From Plasmodiophora brassicae (taxonomy: Eukaryota): DNA of 64,000 nucleotides. The notes beneath the pieces are model-generated. The model was not told where the DNA came from, did no database searches, and saw only the letters and a program-made list of their open reading frames with translations. The translations under genes were made by a program, and so were the position numbers. The stretch spans positions 930,001 to 994,000 of the forward strand of contig CP145418.1 in NCBI GenBank assembly GCA_036867785.1, read 5' to 3'. Position 1 is the stretch's first letter. Each line of letters opens with the position of its first letter. Of the stretch, positions 1 to 10,538 are shown piece after piece.

Positions 1-1103
1 ACGCTGAACAATGTGTCGAACACGACTGGCACAAGGTACAGGAATACCGAGGCGATCCAGAAGTCGCCCTCGACGATGCGGGTTATCAGGGAAGGTCGGC
101 GACCAGGTGTGATATCGGCGAGCTTCTTCGCCCAAAGCCTTGCGGATACCAACGAGCAATCCATACCCCATCCGGTCAGGAGCGTCGTAAAGAACCCCAC
201 GACGCTGGCTGGCAGGGTCGCGTTGCTCGAGTACCCACTGACGATCAGGAACGCACCGGCCAGCGTCGCCGTGATCGTTTCGAGGACAAGAGCGGCGTAC
301 GGCAGGTCGACAATGCTGAGGAAGAATTGCAGACGGCGACGACCGGTGCGACGGCTGGCGACGACGGCCTCGTTGTACCGATCGTTCATAATCGCAGTGT
401 GCTGCACGAGGAACGCCATGGCGAGCAGGCCGGAGACGATCAGGGTCAGCCCTGGCAGGATCCGGACAAAGATCTGATAGGGCAGTGAGGCATACATGGT
501 GCCCCATACGTTCGGGTCAGGGAAAATCGTGGCATTCAAATGTGGCGCCATTGCAAGCGCCGCGTGGTACTCGACCTCGGTGGGCTGGATCCGCAGGCAC
601 ATCGTGTGGGAGAAGCGGGTTCGCGCCCCTCGGCTGCCGTCCTGGTAGAACATCAGCATGCCTGGAACTGCCAGCATGCCCGGTACTGAGACGCGTGGTA
701 CACACATCAGGGGCAGCCGGCCGCACATCAACGTCATCGGATTCGACCTACAGAGGATGCCGGCGGCGCCTCGCGACACCATGTTCAAGTAGATGGTCTC
801 CTGGGAGCAGGACGCGGACGTCACCGCGTCGGTGCTCGCCAGGACAATCAGGCCCGATACCATCGTCGTCGACGCTGCCCCATTCGGATCGCACAGATCG
901 TCGTTATAGACGACGACGGCGCCGGTGATCGGATCGTCACTGTCGCCGGGTTGGGGGCCGATAAACGAGGTGACCGATGGCGAGTATAGCGTCACGCCGT
1001 CGAGCACGCCCGAGTGAAAGGTCACGGTGCCGAACGCGACGCGCATCGTTATGCAGCAGCACAGGAAGCGTGTCACTGACGCGCGTGGCACCTCGCCCCT
1101 CAT
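1..1103 (-). CDS. PA-domain + 7TM receptor-like membrane protein, paralog 1 (3' end runs off the window)
   Basis: Manual minus-strand translation: MRGEVPRASVTRFLCCCITMRVAFGTVTFHSG..SFIGPQPGD..RGAAGIL / intron 751-686 / LPGMLAVPGMLMFYQDGSRGARTR..LWAKKLADITPGRRPSL. Colinear with the genes at 1924 and 3622, with the intron at the same position. Absent from the ORF track because it is open at the window edge. Confidence 0.85.
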   Translation of the reverse strand, partial: MRGEVPRASVTRFLCCCITMRVAFGTVTFHSGVLDGVTLYSPSVTSFIGPQPGDSDDPITGAVVVYNDDLCDPNGAASTTMVSGLIVLASTDAVTSASCSQETIYLNMVSRGAAGILCRSNPMTLMCGRLPLMCVPRVSVPGMLAVPGMLMFYQDGSRGARTRFSHTMCLRIQPTEVEYHAALAMAPHLNATIFPDPNVWGTMYASLPYQIFVRILPGLTLIVSGLLAMAFLVQHTAIMNDRYNEAVVASRRTGRRRLQFFLSIVDLPYAALVLETITATLAGAFLIVSGYSSNATLPASVVGFFTTLLTGWGMDCSLVSARLWAKKLADITPGRRPSLITRIVEGDFWIASVFLYLVPVVFDTLFS

Positions 1104-1319
1104 CGCGTACGATACTGGCCAGTGTGCATCCGAACTAGTACTATTGTACGTTGAGGTCCAACTGTACAGCGTACCTCGGGCGATAATATCAAAGGATCGA
1201 AACCAATGGTGAAGACGCTGCCTGCGGGGCGAAGCGGCTCGTACCGGTGCTGCTACCGCGACAGCCCTGCTGGTCACGTACAGTATCATCACGCCCTAGT
1301 CGGGTGCGCGTTGCTGTCT

Positions 1320-1760
1320 GCTGCATCCGTCGCCAGTGAGGCCGTTCATTGGCCAACCGCAGGGGCCACAGGTAACGCCGAACCGGACACCCGACATGGG
1401 GCGATCTGCAACGACGATATCTGCGACAGGAACGCAGGGACCTCAACGACGCTCCATGATCGAATCGTCCTTGCGAACGCTAACTGGTTCGCTCTCGCGT
1501 CTTGCACCTGCGAGGCCATCGTCTCGTCCCATGTACGCTCAGGGTCAGACGGCGTCGACCTGATCTTCGAAGTCAATGTGCCTGATGACCCAGCCGTCTG
1601 TACGCAGACATCAGGTCGTTTGACCTGACACGAAGTCTCAATGCCGCCACGCTCCCCAATATGAACGTATGGGCGTCATCTACTCCCCCTGACGTTGCCT
1701 TCGTCCGAATCGTAACGTGTAACGGATCTTGTGGTCGTCCGACACGATGAGCATGGCATT
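1320..1760 (+). pseudogene. Decayed fragment of the PA-7TM family
   Basis: Remnant motifs in different frames: PFIGQPQG (cf. SFIGPQPG), DRIVLANANWFALASCTCEA (cf. DHIVLANPYKFAGAPCSYES), aatatgaacgtatggg (cf. DVNVWG). No continuous ORF and no TM region. Boundaries approximate. Confidence 0.6.
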
Positions 1761-1923
1761 TGCCGTCCATCACCGAGCCATAACGAGTACGTCCGGCAGC
1801 GACCCTGGCATCGCATACCATATGAAAACCGCCCTGTCGGATATCGTGGATCGAAGTGTACTCGAGAGGTAGGCAACGCCCGCCGCACATAGACCAACCT
1901 GGGCTCGCCCGTTGCTGCTGAGG

Positions 1924-3498
1924 ATGCCGGTGCCCGTGCTGAAGCTGATAGCTCTGTCCTGGTCGGCATTGCACGTCGTCGTACGAGGATCCGTGACATT
2001 CCATTCGGGTGGCCCCCTCGGCAACCTTACGTTGTACTCTCCACCAGTCACCTCGTTTATTGGGCCGCAGCCGGAAGACAAGGTGGATCCCATCACGCGC
2101 AACGTTGTCGCCTACGCCGGTGACCTCTGCGATATGGCCATGGTGTCCGCAACGACGTTCTCGGATCACATCGTCTTGGCGAACCCCTATAAGTTCGCTG
2201 GCGCGCCGTGCTCCTACGAGTCCATGTACTTGAACTTGCAATCGCGGGGCGCCGCTGGAATCATCTGTAAGCTATACGTTGCGTGTCGCCAAACAGAGGT
2301 TATTCACAGTTGGACCGATTCAGTGCCAAGCCTAATCGACGTTCCCGGCATATCAATGTTCTCCCAAGACGGCAACAGAGGTGCGCTTACGAGATCTGTG
2401 AAAACCATGTGCCTGCAGATCCAGCCGACTGCCGATGCATACAAGACGTTGGTTGACAGGGTACCGAACCTGAGTGTCACAATGTTCCCGGATGTGAACG
2501 TATGGGGTGCAATGTATTCCTCCTGGTACTATCAGCTCTTTATTCGCGTCCTTCCATGCACGATCCTGATCGGCTCCGGCCTGCTTGCCTTTGTCTTCGT
2601 CGTCCAGCATACTGCAATCATGAACGACCGGTACAAGGAGGCCGTTGTCACGAACCGTCACACTCTTCGTCGTCGCCTTCGGTACCTTATCAGCATCGTC
2701 GACCTGCCGTACATCGCCCTGATTATCGAGTCAATAACGGCAACCCTGGCCGGTACGATGTTGGCCATCGACGGCTACCTAGGCAGCGGGTCTCTGTCAG
2801 CCGGCGTCGTCGGATTCTTCGGCACATTGCTTAACGGTTGGAGCATGGATTGCTCGCTCGTGTCTGCCCGGCTGTGGGCCAAGAAACTCACCGACATCAC
2901 ACCCGGCCGCCTCCCTTCCCTGGTAACTCGCATCATGCTGGGCGATTACTGGATCGCGACGGCCATCCTCTACTCAGCTCCCATAATCACCGACACCCTG
3001 TTTAGCATCTGTCTCGCGATCAACTATAGCTCGGCGCCTGTCATGGTGATGGGGCCTACCATTGCAGTACTGCTTCAAATCTTCATCAGCTCGAATTTAA
3101 TTATCAGTGTGGTCCGGTACCATCGTACGGTGAACGTAATCCAAGGCGCGATCGTCGATGCTGTCCCCACTGATGACGTCACCTCTGTGAGTCGCTTAAT
3201 GAAGCGGCTGAGCCGCTGTGCTCTGGGCCTGGCGATCTCGATGCTGATTAGCTGTACCGGAACGCTTATCATTGGACTGGCACCGACACTTACCTGCACT
3301 CCAAATGGGTTCGCTGTCGCAATCGCATTGTTCTACAACGGGCGCGCAATGGACAGCGCGTTTCGCGTGATCATGATGCAACCCAGACAGCGAGATTCTG
3401 TGCACAGGCCGACAGGGAAAGGACCGGGGACCTGCACGCCGCCGGTACTGGTTGCTCCGAGGCGGTTCAAGGCGACGATATTGGCCACGAATAATTAA
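1924..3498 (+). CDS. PA-domain + 7TM receptor-like membrane protein, paralog 2
   Basis: Signal peptide; PA-like motif HIVLA..C.YE....LQSRGAAGII; in-frame GT-AG intron 2267-2323 read through by the ORF track; seven hydrophobic segments. Confidence 0.85.
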   Translation: MPVPVLKLIALSWSALHVVVRGSVTFHSGGPLGNLTLYSPPVTSFIGPQPEDKVDPITRNVVAYAGDLCDMAMVSATTFSDHIVLANPYKFAGAPCSYESMYLNLQSRGAAGIICKLYVACRQTEVIHSWTDSVPSLIDVPGISMFSQDGNRGALTRSVKTMCLQIQPTADAYKTLVDRVPNLSVTMFPDVNVWGAMYSSWYYQLFIRVLPCTILIGSGLLAFVFVVQHTAIMNDRYKEAVVTNRHTLRRRLRYLISIVDLPYIALIIESITATLAGTMLAIDGYLGSGSLSAGVVGFFGTLLNGWSMDCSLVSARLWAKKLTDITPGRLPSLVTRIMLGDYWIATAILYSAPIITDTLFSICLAINYSSAPVMVMGPTIAVLLQIFISSNLIISVVRYHRTVNVIQGAIVDAVPTDDVTSVSRLMKRLSRCALGLAISMLISCTGTLIIGLAPTLTCTPNGFAVAIALFYNGRAMDSAFRVIMMQPRQRDSVHRPTGKGPGTCTPPVLVAPRRFKATILATNN

Positions 3499-3621
3499 TA
3501 TTGCACGATCAGGAAGAAGGACACCACTGGGGATGCGATCGTAGAGATCGATTTGGTATCAGTTCGGTGTACGCGACGTGGACGTCAGCGTACACTAATC
3601 GCCTGCCCCCTGGCTTAGCCG

Positions 3622-5185
3622 ATGATCGGCAGGGCGACACGACAAGCGCTTACGTGCCTGCTGTGCTGGGCAACGATGAGTTCCGTGTTCGGCACCGTAA
3701 CGTTTCATTCGGGCGCTCTCGACAGCGTTGCCTTCTACTCGCCACCGATCACTTCCTTCATTGGCCCTCAACCGGGCGACGCCACCGATTCTATCACAGG
3801 TTCTGTTGTGCTCTACAATGGCGACCCGTGCGATGCAGACGCGGCCGCGGCAATGACGTTCTCAGGCAAAATCGTGTTGGTGAACGCTGACGAGATCGCT
3901 TCCGCGTCGTGCTCGTACGAAACCGGGTTCACGAATCTGCAATCGCGAGGCGCCGCTGGTATTCTCGGTAAGGCCACCTGATACGATGTTCTGGAACGTG
4001 GCTGATTCGACTCGGCATCCAGTTCCCAACCTGCACCAAGTTCCGGGTATGACCATGTTCTCTCACGACGGGTCCAACGGTGCACGGACCCGGTCCTCCA
4101 GGACGATGTGCCTACAGATTCAGCCGACTGCAGACGAATACGAAGCAATGGTTGCCATGGCGCCCAACCTGAATGCCACCATATTCCCCGACGTGAACGT
4201 CTGGGGCGACATGTTTTCGTCCTGGCGCTACCAGGTCTTCGTACGGATCCTACCGAGCGCGATTCTGATCGGCTCGGGTCTGCTCGCCGCGGTTTTCCTT
4301 GTCCAGCACGCCGCTCTCATGCATGTGCGCTTCACTGATACCGTCGCTGCCGACCGTCGTACGTTTCGTCGTCGTCTGCGTTTCTTTCTCAGCACGGCAG
4401 ACTTGCCGTTCGTCGCTCTGCACATCGAAGCGGTTTCGGCAACACTGGCCGGTGCGATCCTGGCCATTGGAGGCTACCTGGGCAGCGCTGTGCTGACGGG
4501 CAGCGTCGTTGGATTCTTCGCCACTCTCCTAACTGGGTGGAGTCTTGTCTGCTCGTTGCTGTGTGCTAGGTTCTGGACCAACAAGCTTGCCGACATTACG
4601 CCCGGTCGTCGACCTGCCCTGATAACCCGGATCATCCAGGGCGATTACTGGAGCGCGACCGTCGCCCTTTACCTTCTCCCCATCGTTTTGGACACATCGT
4701 TCAGTGTCTGCCTGGCGCTAAACTACGATCTCCCAGTTGTTCTACTGGGCGGACCTATTGGTACGGTCCTCGTTCAGGCCGTCATCAGCTCCAATGTCAT
4801 CGTCGGTGCAATCCGATACCATCGTACTGTGCAGGGCATCCATGGGGCGGTTGGCGCGGCTGTCCATCCCGATACTGCTGTTGACAGCTTGATGAAACGA
4901 CTGAATCGCTGTGCCGTGGGTCTGGCGGTATCGATGATGGTGAGCTCTTCCGGGACAGTTCTTCTGGGACTTTTGCCTTCGTTCGCGTATACACCTGATG
5001 GGTTTACTCTCGCGATTGCCCTGTTCTACAATGGGCGCGCCATGGACAGCGCGTTTCGCGTTCTTATGTTGCAACCAAGGCGTCGCGATTCTGTGGCCGA
5101 TCCTCGATCAGGAGAACGATGGTTCAAGCAAACGATTCTTGTCCAATTGGCACCCAAGTCGACTACATTAACGAGTCCAAGTTGA
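3622..5185 (+). CDS. PA-domain + 7TM receptor-like membrane protein, paralog 3
   Basis: Exons 3622-3967 and 4023-5185 joined by intron gtaagg..catccag give GKIVLV..CSYE..LQSRGAAGILVPNLHQVPGM; seven hydrophobic segments. Confidence 0.87.
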
Positions 5186-5693
5186 CCGAATGAGGCTACT
5201 AGTCGAGTTCGAGTGTATATGATAAACGACCTGTGTACTTATGGTAAGACGGATCAGATGCCGTGTTGTTGTTATGGAGCTCGTCAACAACGTGCATGCC
5301 TGCGCACGTGCTGTAAGGCAAGAATGCCACATTGACAGCACCTTCGGATCATCATAAGATCGTGCCGAATACCTCTGGGGAGGACCGGGGATCGTCGACG
5401 GTGATCACGTTAATACAGTTCAACAGGGACGAATGTCTTGGCTGCCCCCCGACAATCATGATCGTATCAGCACGAAAGAAGACTTTGGTCTCGCCCCATG
5501 ACTTCAGGACCCAGCTCGCAATAACGTCACATTATTGGGTCCCGCAATTGTCCCTTGGCAGCCACACGTACTGCTGCGCCAGCAGTCGGCGAGAACTGCA
5601 GGCTGCCGACGGATGATCGACATGACTGGCACTCCGCGGGCGACCCGCGAGCCATTTGGGCATTTTGCGGGGGCCGACGCGCGGGTGTCCGCC

Positions 5694-6861
5694 ATGGCGA
5701 CCAGCATGCCGGGGCCGGCCGTCCCGCACCTGAAGGCGCTGTTCCCTGTCAGCCGCCTGCGGCACTGGAACGGTAACGCAGCGTCACCGCGGGTGCGGAT
5801 TCAGGCGCGTGCGGCTGATCACGTCGTAGATAACTGTGTTATTATTGTGTCCGGGGCCAGCTCCGGTATCGGCAAACAGGTGGCGTTGCTCTACGCGACA
5901 CGCTGCTGCAGGTATGTGTGCGGTCAAGCAGCAAGGTTCGCGATCGTGTCGGGTGATCCCATTGCTTGCGACAGGTTAGTGTTGACCGCGCGGCGGCAGA
6001 CGCAGCTGGAGGAGACAGCGAGGAGTTGCCGGGCGCTGGGCAGTCAGGCCATTGCAATTCCATGTGACATTGCCGATGAGTCGCAGTGTCGTGATCTGGT
6101 CGCAAAAGTTATTGAATCGTATGGCAGGATTGACACACTCGTGGGCACGAGCTTGGCGACCGTGCACACACCCTGCGCTCTAACACCCCTGCGTGCACAG
6201 GTCCTCTGCGCCGGCGTCGGTTGCCATCACGTGTTTCGTGATAACGACAGCGACGAAATCTACCGCCGACTCATGAATGTAAACTTTTTCGGGTATCTCC
6301 ACCTAATGAGAGCGGCGTTCAAGTATTTGACGCAACATCAAGACGGGACGCGCGGCCTTGTCGTCGTCGTTTCCGCTCTCAGTGGAGAGCTAGGTATATC
6401 TGCCATGTGTCTACGACCTGTTTGAATATTCAGATACGGTCGTCACAGGATTGCCGTTCAGGACAGCGTTGTGTGCGTCCCGGTTCGCTGTTACAGGCTT
6501 CTTCGAATCCCTCCGATCCGAACTCGACGAAAAAGACAACCTGGATATCTGTATCGTGTGTCCACCTGCCGTAAACACCGATTTCCGCAAGAACAGGTAA
6601 GCCACCTTGCGTACCTCTATTGAATACTCGCACACTGAGTTCTGCAGCCTGAAAGATGAAAGTGCACACATAGAGCTGAGCCGACAGTCGCCTGAACCAG
6701 AGGCTATATCCGCCTTCTCGTGCGCTCAGGTCATCGTCGATGCGGCTGACCGGCGCCTGCGGAAAGTCTACTTTCCGCTCAGGAACTACATTGGCGTCTA
6801 CATGCGGCCGTTCTGCCCCGATCTGGTCGACAAGCACATCAAGAGGAACGCGAAACTGTAA
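5694..6861 (+). CDS. Short-chain dehydrogenase/reductase (multi-exon), atypical active site
   Basis: SGASSGIG Rossmann motif, CDIAD, GRID, VNFFG, GFFESLRSEL; several GT-AG introns; the YxxxK position reads LCASR. Confidence 0.85.
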
Positions 6862-7008
6862 TACACTGCAGGACGTTTGTTTACCCGCTGGCCGGTTGTT
6901 CTGAGGCAAGGGTATGAACGCTTGCTGCAATGAGCAGATGTGATACGTTGGCGCATTCAGCGCGCTATTCTTCCTTGTTGCACGGGTGTCGTTGCAAGGT
7001 ACCTTCTT

Positions 7009-8091
7009 TCACGTGTATTTCCATGTCATATCGGCATGTTGGCAGTGCAGGTCGACGAACTTCGTATACGCCCTCATCTGTTTCGCTATGTACGCGTCTG
7101 TCTCTGCACAGACCGGTGCATCACGACAGGCGCTCTCGATATGCAGTCGGTGTCGCAGCGCCATGTACTCGCAAGCAACACGCTGGAGCGCGGGATGGTA
7201 CGCCTTCTGGCCGGAACTCAGACACACAGATAACGTTGCCCGTCACGTTCAAACCTGTTTGTTGTTGGCGAGCATGGAGAATGTCACCCATTTCATGGCG
7301 GAGTACTCGGCGGCGTCAAGTTGGATCCCCTGGATCTGTTGTCGATCGAGGCGCACAGCGACGAGAATGGAGGTATCCGCTGTACCATTCTCCTTCGGCG
7401 GTTGTTCACGTCGGTCCCACAGGAATGTGAAGTGCGTTATGGTGCAGAATCGCTGCTGGGGCACGCCTGTGATCGACAGCTCCCGCTTCAGCAACCGCAA
7501 TGCAGCGTTGACGACCGATTCGCCAGCGAGCGCGCGACCGCCGCACCCGACCCACCAGTCCTTGTGTGGAAACACGCGTCGTTTCCCCAACAGGACCAGG
7601 TCCGTCTCGTCGTCGATGACCAGCAGGTCGACGCAGGTCTTCACAATGGAATCCAGGGCGCGCCCGTATTCGTCATCAGGAACGCGGCGTGCCCTTGATA
7701 CGTAATCCCCGCTGGTAAACCGGGATGTCAGCGGCAGCGGCGAACGCGCCCAAATGTAACCCGGTGATCGCCACAGCGACCGTCGCAGGAGCTCCTCGCG
7801 AACCGAGCCGAATTTCCGGTCGACAAGAACGATATCCCGTCGGTCGTCAGCGCTGATGAATGCACTGACATGGACACGATCCGGAACGTGGTCGACGACG
7901 TCGTCGAACCCGAGATCGGGATCGGCATCGGCCAGCAGAAGCGTCCGCACGCCGACATGCCTGACGCCGTCCAGCACGGCCAGCGCCTCGGCACTGACCT
8001 GCCCATCGGCATCACGTAGAAACGATCGGTCGACGACCACAGCACGATCACCGTGGACGCCCAACGCCGGCGTCGGCAACGCGATCCACAT
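7009..8091 (-). CDS. Nudix hydrolase, GDP-mannose mannosyl hydrolase-like
   Basis: VKTCVDLL..LLGKRRVFP..WW..GGRALAGESVVNAALRLLKRELSI (variant Nudix box lacking REUXEE). Probable last exon KAYHPALQRVACEY after an intron near 7210-7255. Start codon uncertain. Confidence 0.7.
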
Positions 8092-8160
8092 GCGCACGGC
8101 GGCAATGCGGCATCGGGACGCGTCGATGTCGCCCACGCCGACGGCACCACGGAGACACGT

Positions 8161-8310
8161 TGCAGCTCGCAGTGTAGAAGATGCAGCAGCTGCAGCAGCT
8201 CGCAGTGTAGAAGCTGCAGCAGCTTCAGCAGCTCGCAGTGTAGAAGCTGCAGCAGCTGCAGCAGCAGCTCGCAGTGTAGAAGCTGCAGCACCTGCAGCAG
8301 CTGCTCGCAG
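8161..8310. repeat. CAG-rich minisatellite, 4 units of 33-36 bp
   Basis: Core agtgtagaag at 8171, 8204, 8237 and 8273, embedded in (gca)n/ctcgc units. Confidence 0.9.
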
Positions 8311-8325
8311 GCCCAGTCACAGGGC

Positions 8326-10503
8326 ATGCCGCAGTGCCACTGGATCATCGTCATCATCGCCCTTGCTGGCAGGTCGTCGAGCGGGTCGGCGGCGGGCGAT
8401 GCGTCGAGGTTGCTGCGGGCGAGCGTGCTGATGGTGCAGTCGGTCGGCCAGTTCCAGTCGGGCGACGTACCGGGTGCCCTGTCGGGTTTCTCGGCCATGA
8501 TCGACGAGTACCCGGACGTCGTCGAGGGGTACGTCAACGCGGGCGCAGTGCTGGAATCCATCGGCAAGCGGGCCCAGGCTCGTGCCGTCTACGAGATGGC
8601 GCTGAAACGCGCTCCTAATACGACCATCGTGGAGGTGGCGACCTGCGGCCGTTTCGAAACGCTCCTCTGTCGCTTCCTGATGGTCGACAAGCAGCAGCGT
8701 AAGGTAGCGAACCCGCTGCACCACATGCGGGAAGACATCATGTCGCACCACGAAGGTCTGCAGAAGTGGGGCATCCGCAGCCCCATAACGGACATCGGCG
8801 CCATGATCGCCGCCCTGCACGACCCGCATCCCGACAACGCCATCATGGTGGACATGTGCACCAGGGCGGCGACCGCCGCTGACGACACTGGCTGGTCCGC
8901 CCTTGTCGACCTCGGCAAGATGCAGATCCTGATCAACGATTACGAGAGCGCCATCTCATCCCTGTCTAAAGCGAAATTCATACTTCGCCAGCAGAACGAC
9001 CCGAATCTGGCGTCCAAGGTCAACGAGATCACGGTGCTGCTAGACGAACTGTATCGCTCGCAGTACAGGCTGAACACCTACCGGGCGGAAGACGCCGACA
9101 GAGCACTTCGGTGCCAACGTGCGGCCGCCAGCAACCTGCCCGTTGCACGAAACATCCAGAACGTCGGCACCATCATGCTTTATTCGCGACCGCTAGACCC
9201 ACGCGCCCGAACGTACATCGACAAAGCCGGGCGCGTTCGCGTCGGCGAGGTCAACAAGGCGTTGCCGCAGTCCCAACGGCGCCGACACGTGCACCGATGG
9301 GAGGACATCGCCGATGATGTCGCTGTCCTGGCGACGGCACCGGAATTCGGTATTGCACCTGGCCAGGTGTACCGTGTTCGCGGGACGTCCGACGACCAGG
9401 AGTACATCGCGCTGTCGTACGGGGATCGAATCCCGGTCGCGTTCACCGAGCGTCAGCTGATCGTCGTGACGGTGACGAACGTGACGATGGAGGCGTCGAC
9501 CGGCGTTCTGTACAACGACGATGTCGTGTTCTTCGGGGCACACGCCCACATGGTCACCGACTACACGGGCGGGACACTGCCCCATCAGAAGGTCGTCGAC
9601 GTGCCCGGCACCGTCGTCTCGATCGACCCGTCCAACAAGCTCAACTACTACCACTGGACAACGGAGGGCCTGGCGGGCATTGCCCTGACGCTGCATTACT
9701 ACCCTGACGCGAGGATCATGCTGCCTGATAACGTGTTCGCGCGTGAAGCGCTCGACTTGTTCGATATCGACCCGGGCCGCGTGGTCTGGTACGACCCGAA
9801 GGCGCCAACGCGGGAGTCGCCGGGCGCTCAGCGGTACCGAATCGAGGCGCTGATGCGGGTGGACTGGAGGGATGTACCCGGTGGGCATGTGGTCGGCCCC
9901 GTCGACGACCCATGGCGCATTCACCAGCCGGCGGCCGCTGGCATCCGCCTGGCACGTCGCCATCTGCTGTCCAAGGTGCGGCACGAGGCGGGGCCGAAGG
10001 TCATCTACGTTTCCAGGGCCGATGCTGGATACATTCGGGTCGTGCAGGACGAGGAACGGTTGCTGAGGGCGTTACGGGCGATCGTCGGCCCCGGCTGCCT
10101 GCACGTGTTCGTCGCCGAACCCGGCAAGAAGCCGGGCGTCGACGCGCACGAGTCGAAGACGCTGCTGGAGCAGGTGGCGCTGTTCGCTTCCGCTGAGCTG
10201 GTGATCGGGCCGCACGGCGCCGGGCTGTCCAACATCATGTTCGCCAGGGACGGCTGTGACCTCGTGTACTTCCCGACGAACCCGATGGTGGACAATTGTT
10301 TCGCGCACCTGGCCGCCGCCGTGAACGCCCGCCTGCACCCGGTCGATGCCGTCACCGCCTACTACTTCGGCCCGTACCACCTGGACGACGCCAAGATCCA
10401 GGCCGTCGTCGACACGGTCACGCGCGTCATCCAATCCAGGGGATGGACCATTGGCAGCGTCTGCCCGACTAACGATGATGACGACGATATAAAAGACATA
10501 TAG
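8326..10503 (+). CDS. TPR-containing glycosyltransferase family 61 (DUF563) protein, copy 1
   Basis: Signal-like N-terminus MPQCHWIIVIIALAG; TPR-like helix YVNAGAVLESIGKRAQARAVYEMAL; GT61 motifs NYYHW, VIYVSR, EQVALFASAELVIGPHGAGLSNIMF. Single long ORF. Confidence 0.88.
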   Translation: MPQCHWIIVIIALAGRSSSGSAAGDASRLLRASVLMVQSVGQFQSGDVPGALSGFSAMIDEYPDVVEGYVNAGAVLESIGKRAQARAVYEMALKRAPNTTIVEVATCGRFETLLCRFLMVDKQQRKVANPLHHMREDIMSHHEGLQKWGIRSPITDIGAMIAALHDPHPDNAIMVDMCTRAATAADDTGWSALVDLGKMQILINDYESAISSLSKAKFILRQQNDPNLASKVNEITVLLDELYRSQYRLNTYRAEDADRALRCQRAAASNLPVARNIQNVGTIMLYSRPLDPRARTYIDKAGRVRVGEVNKALPQSQRRRHVHRWEDIADDVAVLATAPEFGIAPGQVYRVRGTSDDQEYIALSYGDRIPVAFTERQLIVVTVTNVTMEASTGVLYNDDVVFFGAHAHMVTDYTGGTLPHQKVVDVPGTVVSIDPSNKLNYYHWTTEGLAGIALTLHYYPDARIMLPDNVFAREALDLFDIDPGRVVWYDPKAPTRESPGAQRYRIEALMRVDWRDVPGGHVVGPVDDPWRIHQPAAAGIRLARRHLLSKVRHEAGPKVIYVSRADAGYIRVVQDEERLLRALRAIVGPGCLHVFVAEPGKKPGVDAHESKTLLEQVALFASAELVIGPHGAGLSNIMFARDGCDLVYFPTNPMVDNCFAHLAAAVNARLHPVDAVTAYYFGPYHLDDAKIQAVVDTVTRVIQSRGWTIGSVCPTNDDDDDIKDI

Positions 10504-10538
10504 TAATGCATTAAGCGTATAAGCTCATAAGGGGAGTA

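Noticed and set aside
8161-8310. CRISPR-like regularly spaced repeats
   Set aside because: No unique spacers, no cas genes, eukaryotic context; a simple minisatellite.
8053-8325. Cys/Ser-rich metallothionein-like N-terminal extension of the GT61 ORF
   Set aside because: It is the translation of the CAG minisatellite from a GTG start; the paralog aligns only from ATG 8326.
7009-10503. Nudix GDP-mannose hydrolase and GT61 as a functional sugar-nucleotide pair
   Set aside because: Adjacency only; the second GT61 copy has a different neighbour and substrates cannot be inferred.
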